NCBI RefSeq assembly: GCF_036971445.1
Contig: NC_091471.1
Coordinates: forward strand, 235,910,001-235,974,000
Source of the DNA: Narcine bancroftii
Lineage: Eukaryota
Length of the DNA: 64,000 nucleotides
Direction: 5' to 3'
The notes under the pieces are model-generated. The model was not told the origin of the DNA, did no database searches, and saw nothing but the letters and a program-made list of their open reading frames with translations. Below, piece after piece: positions 61,990 to 64,000 of the stretch. The translations under genes were made by a program, and so were the position numbers. Position 1 is the stretch's first letter; each line of letters begins with the position of its first letter.

Positions 61990-62800
61990 AATATGGCAAG
62001 GCATACGTGCCTCCTCAGCGTCGCCCCTCAAAGATGGCGGCCCGGCTTCCGCTTCATCACGCTCAGCCCTCACAAATATGGCGGGCGGCGGCCCCCCCCC
62101 CCGTGCCCCTCACAGAAATGGCGCTGCATCACGATGCCACTAACAGCACAGAAAGATGACTGCCGGCTGCTCCCCATAGCAATCGGGTTGCGGAAAAGGT
62201 GGGGGGGGGGGTGGGTCGAAGGATGGCTGAGGGAAGGAAAGGCAGGTCTGGCCGCTCGGTGGGGTGGATGGGAGCGTAGCGAAAGGGAAATAAACCCGGG
62301 GAAAAGATAGCGCCGCCCCCGACCTGCTTCTATTGGCCAGGGCTGGCGGAGGCATCTTGCGCTGATTGGTATGATGGCTATCGCCCATCTCCACACACCG
62401 AGAGCTGATTGGTTTCGGTGGCTGCCGCTCATTCCAGCTGCTGCGCGATGATTAGCTTCGGTGGCTGCCTCCATTCGCGGGAGGCCCACGAAAATTGGCC
62501 GAGGCGGCTGCCACTCAACTCAGTAGCCGCACGATCGAAGTAGCTCACCGGATAATGGGTGGATCGCGCTAATTGGCCGAGACGACTGCCACTCAGCCCG
62601 GGAGGCGCGCTTCCGCCAGGACGAAACGGGCTTCTCTGCCGGTCGCCGGGGGTGGGGGCAGACGGCTAAGCCGCCACTTGACCTCAGGATGGGCCACTGA
62701 GGCGGCCCCGTCCGCCAATCCAAAGCTTTGCAGCGGCCGGGGCACGGGGGCGAGCTCCGGGATTGGCTGCCTCGGCTGGGACCCCTGACCCCAGTGCTTT
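61990..62800 (+). promoter_or_regulatory. CpG-island promoter of SPHK2
   Basis: CpG-rich. YY1-type AAGATGGCGG at ~62031 and AATATGGCGG at ~62075; at least six ATTGG/CCAAT boxes between 62330 and 62770. Confidence 0.7.
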
Positions 62801-62902
62801 CCTGACCTCTATCCAGACCTTTTCTGACCCGGGGGCTTGATTTGACCTACGACTTGACGACCAACATCTGATCCAGGGGTTTGCCCCCTGTGCCACGCTG
62901 GG

Positions 62903-63326
62903 ATGCCGGCCCCTCCCCAAGCCCTGATGCATGGGGAGTTTGGGGCAGACGGCGGGGGGAGAGCGACCCGGTACGCCCTGACCCTGACCCCAGACGAGCT
63001 CCACGTCCAGCGGCTGAGTCCGAAGGCTGAGCAGGGGAGGCGGCTGGTGCTGCCGCTGCTACAGGTGCTGGGCTGCCGGGTGGAGGGGCCGGGGGCAAGG
63101 GGTGGCCAGCGGGGGAACGAGGGGGAGGGGGATGGGGCGGCCCACCTCTCTGTCTGCTGCTACCTGCCCCGGCACAAGCTGGTTGGCGGAAAGGGGCGGC
63201 AGAGAATGGTGAAGAGGTTCCTGGTGGACGGGGCGAAGAGTGGCCAGGAGAACCGGGCCCAGGCCGAGCGGTGGGCCGTGGCCATCAAGTGTCTTCTGCT
63301 CGGGGTGCGATTGCCGGAGGAGGCAG
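62903..63326 (+). CDS. SPHK2: Sphingosine kinase 2, first coding exon
   Basis: LMHGEFG..RYALTLT..LHVQRLSPK..GC..AAH...Y..R..F.VDG...ENRAQAERWAVAIKCLL.G matches the SPHK2-specific N-terminus. Phase-1 donor G/GTGAGG. Confidence 0.93.
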
Positions 63327-63504
63327 GTGAGGTCAGGGGTGGTGGTCGGGCTGGAGTGGAGGAGTGAAGAGGAGGGGTTGGGAGGGGGTCAGGGATAGGG
63401 AAGTGAGATGGGAAGGGAGGAGGGGTTGGGAAGGGAACAGAAGTTGGGGAGGAGGTTGCGCTGGGGTCTGGGCTGCTTGTGGTCTGGACAGGGAAGGACT
63501 CGGA

Positions 63505-63725
63505 GTACCCGGAGGTCCCCACGGCGGAGCTATGTGTTGGGCTGGGTGGGGAATGACTCAGCGGTCCCACGGCAGAGCTGCTCAGTGGGCTGGGTGGGAA
63601 GGTCTCAGTGGTCCCACGGCAGAGCTGCGCAGAGGGCTGGGTGGGGAAGGACTCTGCGGACCCATGGCAGAGCTGCACAGTGGGCTGGGTGGGAAAGAAT
63701 CAGCAGTCCCACGGCAGAGCTGCCG
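63505..63725. repeat. ~47-bp intronic minisatellite
   Basis: About 5 units of TCCCACGGCAGAGCTG..GGGCTGGGTGGG. Confidence 0.8.
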
Positions 63726-63839
63726 GAGGACTCCACACCAGAAGGGCAGGGTAGCCTCATGGTGTGGGATTCGGATCTGAGGTTTTTGGGAGCAGAGTCC
63801 ATGGCTGAGATATGACTAAACAAGACAAGTTCTCTGATC

Positions 63840-64000
63840 TGTCAGAAATAAAACTTCTCACACATGAGTCTCTTTAAAACTGATGACACGACAAGCTTTA
63901 TTTACAAGTCTGCAGAGTTGGACTCAACTGGTTTCTCACCAGTTAAGCCCCGATACATACAGTGCATTGATTTTTATACCCTTATTGTTTGCCCTTCCCC
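63840..64000 (-). mobile_element. Possible LTR end (runs off the window)
   Basis: Begins TGTCA, with reverse-strand AATAAA (~63897) and TATAAA (~63972) in LTR-like order. Architecture only; no homology evidence. Confidence 0.35.

Overview
Repeat-dense vertebrate genomic DNA with two assembly gaps. The transposon repertoire (CR1, Rex1/Babar, RTE, L1, Gypsy, a class I ERV) looks elasmobranch (shark/ray); that assignment is inference. Four host genes can be read. (1) The first coding exon of a C2H2 zinc-finger gene on the minus strand, with a CpG-island promoter. (2) A secreted netrin-family gene (NTN5-like) with a signal peptide and a C345C/NTR domain but no detectable laminin domains. (3) A THAP-like coiled-coil gene whose THAP exon is frameshifted and which lies downstream of a tandem YY1-motif array. 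(4) The first coding exon of SPHK2. Large insertions are: two L1 copies, each carrying an RTE in the same inter-ORF (TA)n spacer; a two-LTR class I ERV with a tRNA-Pro primer site, 35 bp into a netrin intron; and a two-LTR Gypsy element. The Gypsy element has no tRNA primer site; a 15-nt perfect complement of its own LTR sits there instead, which makes it a candidate self-priming element. Many C-rich minisatellites generate spurious long ORFs.
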